Below the pieces are notes generated by a model. The model made no database searches. It worked only from the letters and a program-made list of their open reading frames with translations, and had not been told where the DNA came from. Positions 39,434-48,755 of a stretch of 64,000 bases of DNA are shown here, in pieces. Both the position numbers and the translations under genes were made by a program. This stretch comes from an uncultured Planctomycetales bacterium (GTDB lineage Bacteria; Omnitrophota; Gorgyraeia; Gygaellales; Profunditerraquicolaceae): assembly GCA_964354795.1 (NCBI GenBank), contig CAYHBB010000037.1, positions 46,197-110,196 on the forward strand. Reading direction: 5' to 3'. The stretch's first letter is position 1, and each line of letters starts with the position of its first letter.

Positions 39434-40462
39434 TTAAACCTTTACCTCTCTTAGGAACTTCGCCGCATCTTCCGGAGCAAGCGGGCAGATGTAAAACCCG
39501 GTACCCCACTCAAATCCAGCCACTCGGGTAAGACGAGGCATTATCTCAATGTGCCAGTGAAAATCATTGTCCACACTCTTCCAGTAGTTCCCTTTAGTCT
39601 GACGCCTGAAAGGAGCGGTGTGAATCACGTAATTATACGGAGGATCGTTTAGACCGATTTTTAGCTTAGATAATACCACTTTCATGATACTGCTTAAGCC
39701 CATACGGCTAGCCATGTCAATACTGGTAAAATCCGGGGAATGCTTTTTGGGAAGAATCCAGACTTCAAAGGGAAAACGCGAAGCGAAAGGTGCCACCGCG
39801 ATATACCCGTCGATATCGGCAATAAGCCGATCCTTGGAAGACAGCTCCTGTTTGATCATATCGCAAAACGCGCAGCGCTCATGAAAATCATAGTAGGCGC
39901 GGGCACCTGATAACTCCTCTTTCACGCGCTTTGGATTTACGGGTGTGGCGATAAGCTGGGAACGGGAATGCTTGACTTTGCCTGCCCCGGATTCCACGCC
40001 GTGATTCTTAAAAACCAGGACATATTTAAAACGGCTATCTTTTTCAAGATCGCCGATCCTGTCAATATAACAGCTGATGACCTTTAATATCTGGGCCTCG
40101 CTTAAATCCGACATATTGTCGATATGCTGATTGGTCTCGACGACGATTTCATGGGCACCGATGCCATTCATCAGGTCATAAATGCCCTTGCCGCGGCGGT
40201 CAAGCTCGCCTTCTATGCGTAGGAATGGAGCAATGCTGGGCACAACCCTTAATTCCCAGCCGGGAGTGTTGCGGGGAGTGAATTTCGGCCTTAAAGAGTA
40301 GATTTCGGGGGGAGTTTTAGACTCATTGCCTTCGCAAAACGGGCATGGCTCGCCGCCGAGGGGCTCTTTTTCCGGTCCGGTAAACTGGTCCGGCTTTCTG
40401 GCGCGCTCAGTGGCGATAATAACCCATCTTCCGATAATAGGATCTTTGCGTAATTCAGGCAT
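39434..40462 (-). CDS. GalT-family paralogue with a substituted catalytic motif (HSRSQ)
   Basis: Collinear with its neighbour (ELRKDP, CPFC, GAHEI, FHWHIE, AGFEWGTG), but it reads GAGKVKHSRSQ where the neighbour has GASLEHPHTQ. Confidence 0.85.
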   Translation of the reverse strand: MPELRKDPIIGRWVIIATERARKPDQFTGPEKEPLGGEPCPFCEGNESKTPPEIYSLRPKFTPRNTPGWELRVVPSIAPFLRIEGELDRRGKGIYDLMNGIGAHEIVVETNQHIDNMSDLSEAQILKVISCYIDRIGDLEKDSRFKYVLVFKNHGVESGAGKVKHSRSQLIATPVNPKRVKEELSGARAYYDFHERCAFCDMIKQELSSKDRLIADIDGYIAVAPFASRFPFEVWILPKKHSPDFTSIDMASRMGLSSIMKVVLSKLKIGLNDPPYNYVIHTAPFRRQTKGNYWKSVDNDFHWHIEIMPRLTRVAGFEWGTGFYICPLAPEDAAKFLREVKV

Positions 40463-40486
40463 TTTCGTCCTTTTGTATAGATTTTT

Positions 40487-40514
40487 AGTTTATCACAGGC
40501 AGGGAGGATTGCAA
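40487..40514 (-). promoter_or_regulatory. Sigma70-like promoter for galT-galT-gap
   Basis: TTGCAA, 16 nt, then TAAACT with an extended TGn, 25 nt upstream of the ATG. Confidence 0.55.
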
Positions 40515-40529
40515 ATGTTTTTTTGAAGG

Positions 40530-40583
40530 AAAATAAAGGGGACGGTTCTAATTTAACGAGAAATAAATAGAGCGTCCCCTTAT
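40530..40583. repeat. REP-like palindrome, copy A (right arm imperfect)
   Basis: aaaataaaggggacggttctaattta-acgag-aaataaa-tagagcgtcccctta; the first 26 nt are identical to 41183-41208. Confidence 0.8.
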
Positions 40584-40600
40584 ACGCTTTTCCAGACAAT

Positions 40601-41122
40601 CTATCTTTTTACCCTGAATCCATCAACCACCCGCTTCGCCTCATCAGGAGTAATCCTCAGCTGACGAATCGCTTCAAATATATCGTGAATATTTTTATCA
40701 TGCTTTTCGACCTTATGCTCAAGCTGATTTAACTTAGCAGCAAGCTCCTTATGGGTAGACAAAATCTGACGTAGCCTTACGAACGCGCGCATAACAGCAA
40801 TATTAACCTGAATAGCGTTTTCACTATTAAGAACGGATGACAACATTGCTGTTCCTTGCTCCGTAAAAGCGTAAGGCAAGGTAGAAGAATGTTTCAAAGG
40901 ACTGAACCGGTCGCAAATTGCGACCAGTTCGATTTTCTCAGCCGGCGTAAGCTGAAACATAAAATCTTCCGGAAATCTCCTAATATTCCTTTTCACCTGC
41001 TCATTCAACCTTTTCGTCGGAACACGATAAAGCTCGGCTAAATCTCGATCGAGCATCACCTTCCTTCCCCTTAACACAAAGATGCGTGTAGCTACTGCTT
41101 CTGCTGGGACTAAATTTGACAT
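40601..41122 (-). CDS. ORF6N domain-containing (KilA-N-like) DNA-binding protein
   Basis: RGRKVMLDRDLAELY, NEQVKRN.RRFPEDFMFQL, PYAFTEQG.AMLSSVLNS and a C-terminal coiled coil; strong AGGAGG SD. Confidence 0.92.
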   Translation of the reverse strand: MSNLVPAEAVATRIFVLRGRKVMLDRDLAELYRVPTKRLNEQVKRNIRRFPEDFMFQLTPAEKIELVAICDRFSPLKHSSTLPYAFTEQGTAMLSSVLNSENAIQVNIAVMRAFVRLRQILSTHKELAAKLNQLEHKVEKHDKNIHDIFEAIRQLRITPDEAKRVVDGFRVKR

Positions 41123-41182
41123 GGCTTCCTCCTTTTACTTTAATAGACGTAAAAGATGGCGAAATCTAACGAAAATATATGT

Positions 41183-41237
41183 AAAATAAAGGGGACGGTT
41201 CTAATTTATGGTGAAATAAACAGAACCGTCCCCTTTA
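41183..41237. repeat. REP-like palindrome, copy B (perfect 16-bp arms)
   Basis: TAAAGGGGACGGTTCT (41187-41202), 19 nt, AGAACCGTCCCCTTTA (41222-41237). Confidence 0.85.
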
Positions 41238-41261
41238 CTTATTATTTTGCAGACCTCTATT

Positions 41262-41492
41262 TTATTTCACAAAATTCCCCTTCTTACTACTAACCGCCTT
41301 AGTAAAGATACATATAATTCGATAGACAACATACAATAAAACAAAGAAAATCAATATTAAATACAAAGGAATACCTAGCAATTCTACACCACCCATTAAA
41401 AGTGGATCATTATAAAAACATCTTGCTAATAGAAAAGCAAATAGAAAAAAAATCATTATAATTAACACCTCTCTAATTATACCTCTTCTCAT
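41262..41492 (-). CDS. Small two-TM membrane protein, putative Rhs immunity protein
   Basis: 76 aa with two hydrophobic segments, very AT-rich, 52 nt downstream of the Rhs stop. The immunity role is inferred from position. Confidence 0.6.
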   Translation of the reverse strand: MRRGIIREVLIIMIFFLFAFLLARCFYNDPLLMGGVELLGIPLYLILIFFVLLYVVYRIICIFTKAVSSKKGNFVK

Positions 41493-41544
41493 ATTTAATC
41501 CCTTATATAATCCTGTAAATATAAAACCTGATCATATTGTCTAA

Positions 41545-44500
41545 TTAATGTGCATAATGATCAATACCTATAGGCGTAGTTCCTAAGTTTTCTGGCGCAT
41601 TCCCACCTGCCCCATAAATAACGGTATTTACCGCAAAATTACTATTGCAATTATAAAAACTATATGGCGTCCCTACCCACGCAGCTTTAAAAAGATTAAC
41701 AGAGTTATTATAGCCAGCCTGGCTTACCGAAACATTAGACTCTAGAGTAAGCTGAGGGTATTTACTAATATAAACTGATGTTCTCCCAAAAGAACCTTCG
41801 CCATTTAACTCAATAAGTTTTGAGTGAGCATCTGGTCCCATCTCAAAGTGATCAACCTCGCCCCTAATATATCTATGTCTAAATAAGCCAGGCTTATCAG
41901 GCGGACCTAAAGGCCGAGACCCAACTATCGCCGTAGTTTTATCAGCCCTATTTACGCTTAACGCATGAAGTCTCTTTATACCTGACTGATACGCTTGCTC
42001 CCTGCTCATTCCGTGTGCAAAATTCTGCATACCGCTTAAATAACTACCTTCAATTAATCCTCCTACCGCTGCCCCTATGCCAAAGCCTATACCACCAGCT
42101 TTCATCGCGTCACCAAAACTTTCACCAGAACCTAATGCTCCACCAAAGCTACCCCCAAAACCTCCTATGCCCATCTCAGTAGCGCCTACAAGAAAACCAC
42201 CCCCAAAGCTAAAAGCCTTCTTCCCCAGAAAACCAGCAACCTTATCCCCTAAAGCACCACCAGCCCAACCTCCCAAAATACCACCTGCTAACCCACCAGC
42301 AAATCCACCCCAATTCCCTGTCTTAACCGCTGACCCCAAGGAACTAAAGAAATTAAATATTTGGAAACCTACCATCATATTACCGCCACTAAGCACAGTA
42401 CCAACTATTCCCGCAACAACACCAACAATTGCTCCCCAGAACTTGCTAAACCAACTATGCCCCGATGGATCCACATAATTTATCGGATTATTCCGACAAT
42501 AACTGTATCGATTAAGACTTTGCGGATCATAAGGCGCCTGGACGATAGTATCTGCAGTAACAAACCGTCCGAGTTGGGCGTCGTAGTAACGGGCGCCATA
42601 GAAGTACAGCCCGCAGGAATCGAGCTCTTTGCCGGTAAACTTATACTTAGGATCATGAGTACCAGACTGGCGATAAACCGAACCATATGGAGTAAACTCG
42701 GTAAAACCAACCTGCTTGCCGGTGGCATCCGTAACTACATTACTTGAGCCAAGATGGTCGGAGTGATAATAAAACTTATTACCCGTGGACTCGACTGCAC
42801 AAATACGGTTTGAGCCGCTAAAAATGTACTTGGTGGTCTTGCCGGAAGAATCTATCTCAAAGAGCGAACCAATATAAACGTTAGAACCTGAAGAGGTACT
42901 CTTCTTTACCCTCCCGCCATCCCCATCATAAACAAACGTAGTATTGGTAGATACACAGGAATTGCTGACCGCCCAGGTGACGCTACTTGCGCAATACAGA
43001 TAATACGCAACTCCAGGCTTAAGCGTAGTAAAATCTTTTTTCGACGAAGAGTATTCCTGATAAGCTCCGGAAGTTTTATTATAGTACAGAACCTTAGAAT
43101 AGTTAACGCCTAATTTAAGCGGTAAAAGCGCGCTCTCAACAGGCGTCTCATCTTTTTTGGGTGAGAAAATTAAGTTACACCCCGGACTTAAAGAAACCTT
43201 CTGGCTGATAGGCAAACTTCCGCTGACCGTCAAGCTCACTGAATCAGAGCTTATAATATAAATCTGATACCCTTTCCCAAAGTCAAAAGTGTTAAACTGG
43301 TCAAACTTGGAATTACCCACATAATTTTCATACTTCTTAGTTAACGGATTATACCGGGAAACCTGGTCATACTTTCCACTGATCCCGGACAAAACCGAAG
43401 CAATCTTGTTATCAACTAAACTTACCGGAAATGAAATAAAATTCCAGCCAGGATTTAGGCTTAAGGTAATAGCAGCGCTCTGTGCAACGGGAGTTGCGGA
43501 GACATTCTCTGACTTAGTTAACCGGTTTTCCGCATCATAAGTCAGCTGCACCGTACCCTTTTTAGTCATATTCCCGTTTGTGTCATACTCAATGCTAGTG
43601 CTACCATATCCAGTAACCGCGTGAGGAAGCAAACCATTCTTGCCGTAAGTCAAACTCACTCCCTCTTTACTCGTCATGTTCCCGATAGAATCATAGTTAT
43701 AGGTAAATGTGCCATAATTTCCCGCAGCAGTCACCAACCGATCCAGATCATCATAATTAAAAGACTGACTTGCGGTATTTACGTAATCGCTAAGATTCTT
43801 GATATTTCCCACGTTGTCAAACTGATAACTTAAATCCTGGATTTTTCCTAAAGGAGACACTGAATTAATATTGGAAAGCCTTAAGGTATTTGGATCATAC
43901 GCATAATTGGTCTCAACGCCATTACTATACTTGATTTTTGCAATCTGTCCCGTGACAGAATAATCAATATCGGTAATATAATTTGCTACACTTGATACGC
44001 CTTGCGGATTATACGTGTAGCTGACTATCTCTGCGTCAGGATATTTGAGGGTCAGCAACCTTCCCAACGCGTCATAAGTACGCTCAACTGAATAAGCGCC
44101 ATAGCCGTTAACGGTCTTCACTGACTTGGTCTCCCTGCCCAGATTATCATAATAAAATTCCGTCGAGCCTGACTGATCAGTGATCTTCGATAGCCGCCCC
44201 ACACAATAATTCTTCGCAACATCATCATAAACATAACTTGCCAACACCTGGCCATTAGACTGCTTACAAATCAACCGGGTAAGCGAATCATAACTAAAAG
44301 TCAAAACCTGGCCCTTGGCATCAGTCTGCTTAATAAGATTACCCATATTATCGTATTCATAATACCAAACCCCCATATCCGGATCATTCATCTTGATCTT
44401 ACGGTTCAAAGAGTCATACCAGATCTGGCTGACATTGCCCTGATTATCAGTAAGCTTGATTAAATTCCCCGCGGTATCATACTCGTAAATCGTAGTATAA

Positions 44501-47500
44501 GTTTGCGTACTATTGTGCTCCTCTATCTTTGTAATCCTGCCATAAGCATCATAATACTCGGTTTTATAGTGATTGTTTTCATCGGTCGCAGTTTTCTTAC
44601 CCAGTCCGTAACTTACCTTTGAAGAAGTCGAATCAGGATTCGTTGCCTGGACTAACCTACCCATAGCGTCATAACTATAGCTTGAATGCACAGTCTGAAA
44701 ACTTGGGGTGACATAATTCTCCGAAGAATTAACATAATATGAAAGATATTTTTCTTTGACCTGACCTTTAATATTATAAAGAACACTGCCTGATACAATT
44801 TGCTGGCTATCGTTTTCTGCCATGGATTTACTTTCAATCAAACGCCCCAGGCCGTCATAAAACGAATAAGCCGTATAATATTTAGGTGATGCGGAATAGT
44901 CTACTTTAACTTTCTGCGCAGTCTTTACCGGAAACACGCTTAGATTATACTCATAAAAAGAAGCGGGAGAGTTCTCGGAATCATTCGGCCCGACAACCTT
45001 AACCAACCTACCCATGGCGTCATAATAATTAGTCGAAATTAGCTTATTGGGGTCAATGGTACTTAAGGCCTGACCAGTGGCATAATTATAACTGGTAGTT
45101 ATAGCCTGGCCCAAAACATTAGAGCTCTTGACCGGATAGCTTTGCATCAAAGAATCGTATTCGGTGGTCATTGAGCGGCCCAGAGCATCTGTAGCGCGGA
45201 TAAGATTGCCATAAGAATCGTAGATGTAACTGCCGGAAATCCTACTCTCGATAAGCGTTAAAGGATTATAAAACCATACCTCCTCTTTTGTAAGCAAACC
45301 CTTGGAGGGAGATGTTTCAATTGAAACAGCATTATCGTAATAAAACCACTTTTTTGAAATAACATTGCCGGATTTATCTTTTGCATAAGCGTATTTTGGC
45401 GCCGACATAATCCAAGCCGGAATATTATAAACATACTCCGTAAGCGACTCCTGCTCATCACCGATTACGCTGATATCGCCGTATGAATAAACCCTTACGG
45501 GATTTCCGTAAGAATCATAATTATAAGTTACCCTGGTTTGCTTAAAATTGGCATTATTGTCGGGGTCAAAAATAAAGCTATCTGTCTGCGATTGATAAAC
45601 AAAGTTTACGCCCGGATAAATCTGAGATGACGCCCAAGTATTCTCTGTTTTTGCATACAGCTTAGCCGCAGCATCACGGATCTCCTGCTTATACATGCGG
45701 CCCTTAAGAATGCCATCCTGCTTAAAATAGTTCTCGATATAATTTCCTTCCACATCCGTAACTTTGACATAGCCAAAGCCGCGAAAATCCCGCTCAGCCG
45801 CATCGAAACATCCGTCTTTATAAGAATAGTTTGTGAAATACGCATTGCCCATTCCGTCACTTAACGCCACTTTTGAAACTACCTGTATAGCAAATGGGAG
45901 TTTTCCTGTAGTATTAGGATAGTAATTATTGTAGGCGGTAGACGGGGTATATTCGATTTGCGTTGAGCCGCCTATACCATTTGAAATATTGGTCAAAAGA
46001 TCAGCTGGCCCTGCCAGATTCAGATACGCTTTCTTGTAACCGTCTTTGGCGATACAAATATCAACCACTCCGTCGCCGTCTAAATCAGCCAGATACCTGC
46101 CTTGATCATAGCCTGAAGAATCCACAAAATCTCCGTCCGGAAGATTAAAAGAATCGTCCCTAACCCATCCTGTTCCCGTATTTATATAAACCGCATGATA
46201 TCCGGCACAAGCAATTACCAAGTCACTCAGGCCATCGCCGTTTATATCAACGATCATCCGACCTTGATCGCGTCCGGATGTGACAAATTCTCCGTCCGGC
46301 AGATTAAAAGCATCGTTCCTGGTCCAACCTGAGCCATTATTTAGATATGTGGCCTTGTAACCATCCGAAGCAATCAGAAAATCAGCTAAACCGTCGCCGT
46401 TAATATCAACCAGACGCCTTCCCCCGTCAGCCGGAACATCCACCCTTCCCACATAAGCCTGATTAGTGTAACCAAAAAAGCGAACATAATAACCATCGGG
46501 CGGATTCCAACGCGAATCCTGCTGCCAGCCGCTTCCGGTATTAATATAGGTATTTATCGTTGTGGGTATCACATCCAGGGGCCGGCTACTCCACTGCATC
46601 CTTTCGATAGCAATCGACAGGTCATTCAAACCATCACCGTTTAAATCCGCAAAACGCCTACCCCCGTCTATCTTATTGCCATAAATAAAATATCCGTCCG
46701 GAAGATTCCAACGCGTATCTTGCGCCCAGCGGGGGTTCTGCGGGTCCGGATATTGAAAAACATATACATTCTTATACTGACCGGTTGAACCTGTATAAGG
46801 ATCCCAGATTGATGCCGCAAGTAACTCAGGAATGCCATCGCCTGTCAAATCCACCAACCTTCTGCCATCATCCCAGCCCTGATAAATAAAATAACCCAAT
46901 GGCACCGGCCACCAATTTGCTGAAGCGCTAAATCCGTCTTTAGAATTTAGATGTGTCGCCCGCAGCCATTGCCTGGTCGATGACTCAGCAGGATCATAGC
47001 GTGAAATCACAAAATCAAACATCCCGTCGCCGTTTAAATCATAGACTCTCCTACCCTGATCTTGAGCCCCTTTTACAAAATCTCCGTCCGGGACATGCCA
47101 TTTAGCCTGATCAGCTGACCAACTTCCCTTATTTAAGCGATACGTAAAAGTAATCGGGTTAGACGCGGTAACGCCGTCTGAGCCATATTCAGTCACTTTT
47201 GACAGAAGGCTACGCTGCGAAGAAGCGCTCGCCGTATATTCAAAAGCATATCTACGCACCAAGCTGTTATCATATAGAACCTCTATTGTTTTCAAGCGCT
47301 TGGTCGTCTTTACTTGATCACCGATTAAATAGTTTAGGGAAATATCCTCCCGGCTTTCATAATTAAACATTGCCTTATACTTTGCCGCCAAACCCATTTG
47401 CTCATTGGCAGTGTAATTGATCGCGGCTGGATACAAGCAATTATCTTCCTTAATATAGGTAATGCTTAAAGAATTGCCTTTCAGATCGACTATTTTATCC

Positions 47501-48186
47501 AGTGCCCAGGAGAATGTGCCTTTAGAAATAGTCAGGCGGGAATTATCCGATGAACCAAAGAAAAGTTTTACCCCTGACTTATCTGTTACTTGCCAAGAAT
47601 TATTACTGTAGGTATATTTTACGAATGAACTCTCAATTTTTGCGCGGTATTCGTTATTTCCGATGCTGACTAAATCCTCTCCGCTGGCGGTAAAAATATC
47701 CGCGGAATCATATTTTGGCACACCACGCTTGGTCGAACGTGCAATCGAGCCCAGATCTAAAGACCACCCCACCCCGACAATACCATTGCCACTATTATTG
47801 TTGTAGGTAATACTTAAGGGTGGTGCGATATCTCTTTTGCCTTTAGGCGTAAATATGGGAATTGTAGCCTGGGCCTTGCCGGTAAAAGGATCCGGAGAAA
47901 CCGATTCCAGGATCCGGTTAAACTTATCGCTTGGGGTGTGAGTGTCTTTCTGAAAGAAGCTGCTGACAGTCGAAGACGGAAGCTCGCCTGCGGAAGCATA
48001 CGAAGAATCTGGGCGCTGAACCTTGCCGTGCCCGCGAATATCGGGGATTTTGCCAAGTGCTTCGTAATTGACCTTGGATTGGGGGCTCCTGGAAATACCC
48101 TTAGCAAAAGCAACATCCCGGAAACACACGGTGAATAAATGTATGAATACTAAAATTAAGGAAAGGACTTTGAAGAATATCTTCAT
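41545..48186 (-). CDS. Sec-signal SpvB/FG-GAP/TcdB-midN/YD-repeat Rhs protein with variable C-terminal toxin domain
   Basis: Signal peptide MKIFFK...DVAFA; SpvB-like DPFTG...LSITY...GVGWSL; DxNGDG repeats; ERDFRGFG; YD repeats; core DHLGS...FTGKELD...ARYYD..LGRF...NPINYVDPSG; then about 304 aa of C-terminal extension. Confidence 0.92.
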   Translation of the reverse strand: MKIFFKVLSLILVFIHLFTVCFRDVAFAKGISRSPQSKVNYEALGKIPDIRGHGKVQRPDSSYASAGELPSSTVSSFFQKDTHTPSDKFNRILESVSPDPFTGKAQATIPIFTPKGKRDIAPPLSITYNNNSGNGIVGVGWSLDLGSIARSTKRGVPKYDSADIFTASGEDLVSIGNNEYRAKIESSFVKYTYSNNSWQVTDKSGVKLFFGSSDNSRLTISKGTFSWALDKIVDLKGNSLSITYIKEDNCLYPAAINYTANEQMGLAAKYKAMFNYESREDISLNYLIGDQVKTTKRLKTIEVLYDNSLVRRYAFEYTASASSQRSLLSKVTEYGSDGVTASNPITFTYRLNKGSWSADQAKWHVPDGDFVKGAQDQGRRVYDLNGDGMFDFVISRYDPAESSTRQWLRATHLNSKDGFSASANWWPVPLGYFIYQGWDDGRRLVDLTGDGIPELLAASIWDPYTGSTGQYKNVYVFQYPDPQNPRWAQDTRWNLPDGYFIYGNKIDGGRRFADLNGDGLNDLSIAIERMQWSSRPLDVIPTTINTYINTGSGWQQDSRWNPPDGYYVRFFGYTNQAYVGRVDVPADGGRRLVDINGDGLADFLIASDGYKATYLNNGSGWTRNDAFNLPDGEFVTSGRDQGRMIVDINGDGLSDLVIACAGYHAVYINTGTGWVRDDSFNLPDGDFVDSSGYDQGRYLADLDGDGVVDICIAKDGYKKAYLNLAGPADLLTNISNGIGGSTQIEYTPSTAYNNYYPNTTGKLPFAIQVVSKVALSDGMGNAYFTNYSYKDGCFDAAERDFRGFGYVKVTDVEGNYIENYFKQDGILKGRMYKQEIRDAAAKLYAKTENTWASSQIYPGVNFVYQSQTDSFIFDPDNNANFKQTRVTYNYDSYGNPVRVYSYGDISVIGDEQESLTEYVYNIPAWIMSAPKYAYAKDKSGNVISKKWFYYDNAVSIETSPSKGLLTKEEVWFYNPLTLIESRISGSYIYDSYGNLIRATDALGRSMTTEYDSLMQSYPVKSSNVLGQAITTSYNYATGQALSTIDPNKLISTNYYDAMGRLVKVVGPNDSENSPASFYEYNLSVFPVKTAQKVKVDYSASPKYYTAYSFYDGLGRLIESKSMAENDSQQIVSGSVLYNIKGQVKEKYLSYYVNSSENYVTPSFQTVHSSYSYDAMGRLVQATNPDSTSSKVSYGLGKKTATDENNHYKTEYYDAYGRITKIEEHNSTQTYTTIYEYDTAGNLIKLTDNQGNVSQIWYDSLNRKIKMNDPDMGVWYYEYDNMGNLIKQTDAKGQVLTFSYDSLTRLICKQSNGQVLASYVYDDVAKNYCVGRLSKITDQSGSTEFYYDNLGRETKSVKTVNGYGAYSVERTYDALGRLLTLKYPDAEIVSYTYNPQGVSSVANYITDIDYSVTGQIAKIKYSNGVETNYAYDPNTLRLSNINSVSPLGKIQDLSYQFDNVGNIKNLSDYVNTASQSFNYDDLDRLVTAAGNYGTFTYNYDSIGNMTSKEGVSLTYGKNGLLPHAVTGYGSTSIEYDTNGNMTKKGTVQLTYDAENRLTKSENVSATPVAQSAAITLSLNPGWNFISFPVSLVDNKIASVLSGISGKYDQVSRYNPLTKKYENYVGNSKFDQFNTFDFGKGYQIYIISSDSVSLTVSGSLPISQKVSLSPGCNLIFSPKKDETPVESALLPLKLGVNYSKVLYYNKTSGAYQEYSSSKKDFTTLKPGVAYYLYCASSVTWAVSNSCVSTNTTFVYDGDGGRVKKSTSSGSNVYIGSLFEIDSSGKTTKYIFSGSNRICAVESTGNKFYYHSDHLGSSNVVTDATGKQVGFTEFTPYGSVYRQSGTHDPKYKFTGKELDSCGLYFYGARYYDAQLGRFVTADTIVQAPYDPQSLNRYSYCRNNPINYVDPSGHSWFSKFWGAIVGVVAGIVGTVLSGGNMMVGFQIFNFFSSLGSAVKTGNWGGFAGGLAGGILGGWAGGALGDKVAGFLGKKAFSFGGGFLVGATEMGIGGFGGSFGGALGSGESFGDAMKAGGIGFGIGAAVGGLIEGSYLSGMQNFAHGMSREQAYQSGIKRLHALSVNRADKTTAIVGSRPLGPPDKPGLFRHRYIRGEVDHFEMGPDAHSKLIELNGEGSFGRTSVYISKYPQLTLESNVSVSQAGYNNSVNLFKAAWVGTPYSFYNCNSNFAVNTVIYGAGGNAPENLGTTPIGIDHYAH

Positions 48187-48188
48187 AG

Positions 48189-48722
48189 CTATTTTGGCGC
48201 TGCTACAGGTTCACGGAAAATGCAGTAATCGCCTTTCTTAGTCCATCCAGCAGAAAGGCCGTAGTCATCCCTAACATATAGGTAAGTATTTTTGACCCCA
48301 CTGAAAGGGGTTTTAAAAGTAATACACCACTTTATGGTAAGAGTGTTTCCCGAGCCAGCGTAAGTCGTAAAAAGACAGCTGAGCTTTACGTATGAATTCT
48401 CAACGGTATAGCCGCTTTTAGGAGCATATCCGCCCAGCCATTTAGTATTCGCGTCATCGCGCAGATACAATTTGTTGGTATTCTGGTCATAGTAGGCGTA
48501 AAAACACCTGGCTCCTCCGATAGAACTATCGATGAGGAAATAAGCATACTGAATATTTTTCCAACCGTTGGGGTCAGAATACGTTGTAGTGAAAGTTATG
48601 GCTTGATTTGAAGTAGAATAACCGATAGCAGGAGAAACAGTGCCCAAGGAAGGAGCTGAATTTGCAGCTAAGGCGCTACTGGTGAAAAGGAAGATTAGCA
48701 AAAATAAGGCAAGACGCCTCAT
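48189..48722 (-). CDS. Small secreted beta-rich protein co-transcribed with the Rhs gene
   Basis: Signal peptide MRRLALFLLIFLFTSSALA; aromatic, beta-rich sequence; the stop is 2 nt before the Rhs ATG. Confidence 0.75.
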   Translation of the reverse strand: MRRLALFLLIFLFTSSALAANSAPSLGTVSPAIGYSTSNQAITFTTTYSDPNGWKNIQYAYFLIDSSIGGARCFYAYYDQNTNKLYLRDDANTKWLGGYAPKSGYTVENSYVKLSCLFTTYAGSGNTLTIKWCITFKTPFSGVKNTYLYVRDDYGLSAGWTKKGDYCIFREPVAAPK

Positions 48723-48755
48723 GATTACACCACCTTTTTATTACACAACTAGAGG

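Noticed and set aside
40291-40599. 102-aa minus-strand ORF
   Set aside because: It crosses palindrome A, the galT promoter and the galT-like start in another frame; there is no coding signal.
40601-41122. Prophage remnant suggested by ORF6N
   Set aside because: No structural, replication, lysis or integrase genes occur anywhere in the window.
42077-42478. 133-aa proline-rich plus-strand ORF
   Set aside because: It is the antisense shadow of the Gly codons in the Rhs glycine-zipper region.
46000-47100. Recurring TCCGTCCGG-containing DNA repeats inside the Rhs gene as a DGR or non-coding repeat
   Set aside because: They encode the PDG motif of the protein's FG-GAP-like repeats; no reverse transcriptase or template/variable repeat pair was seen.
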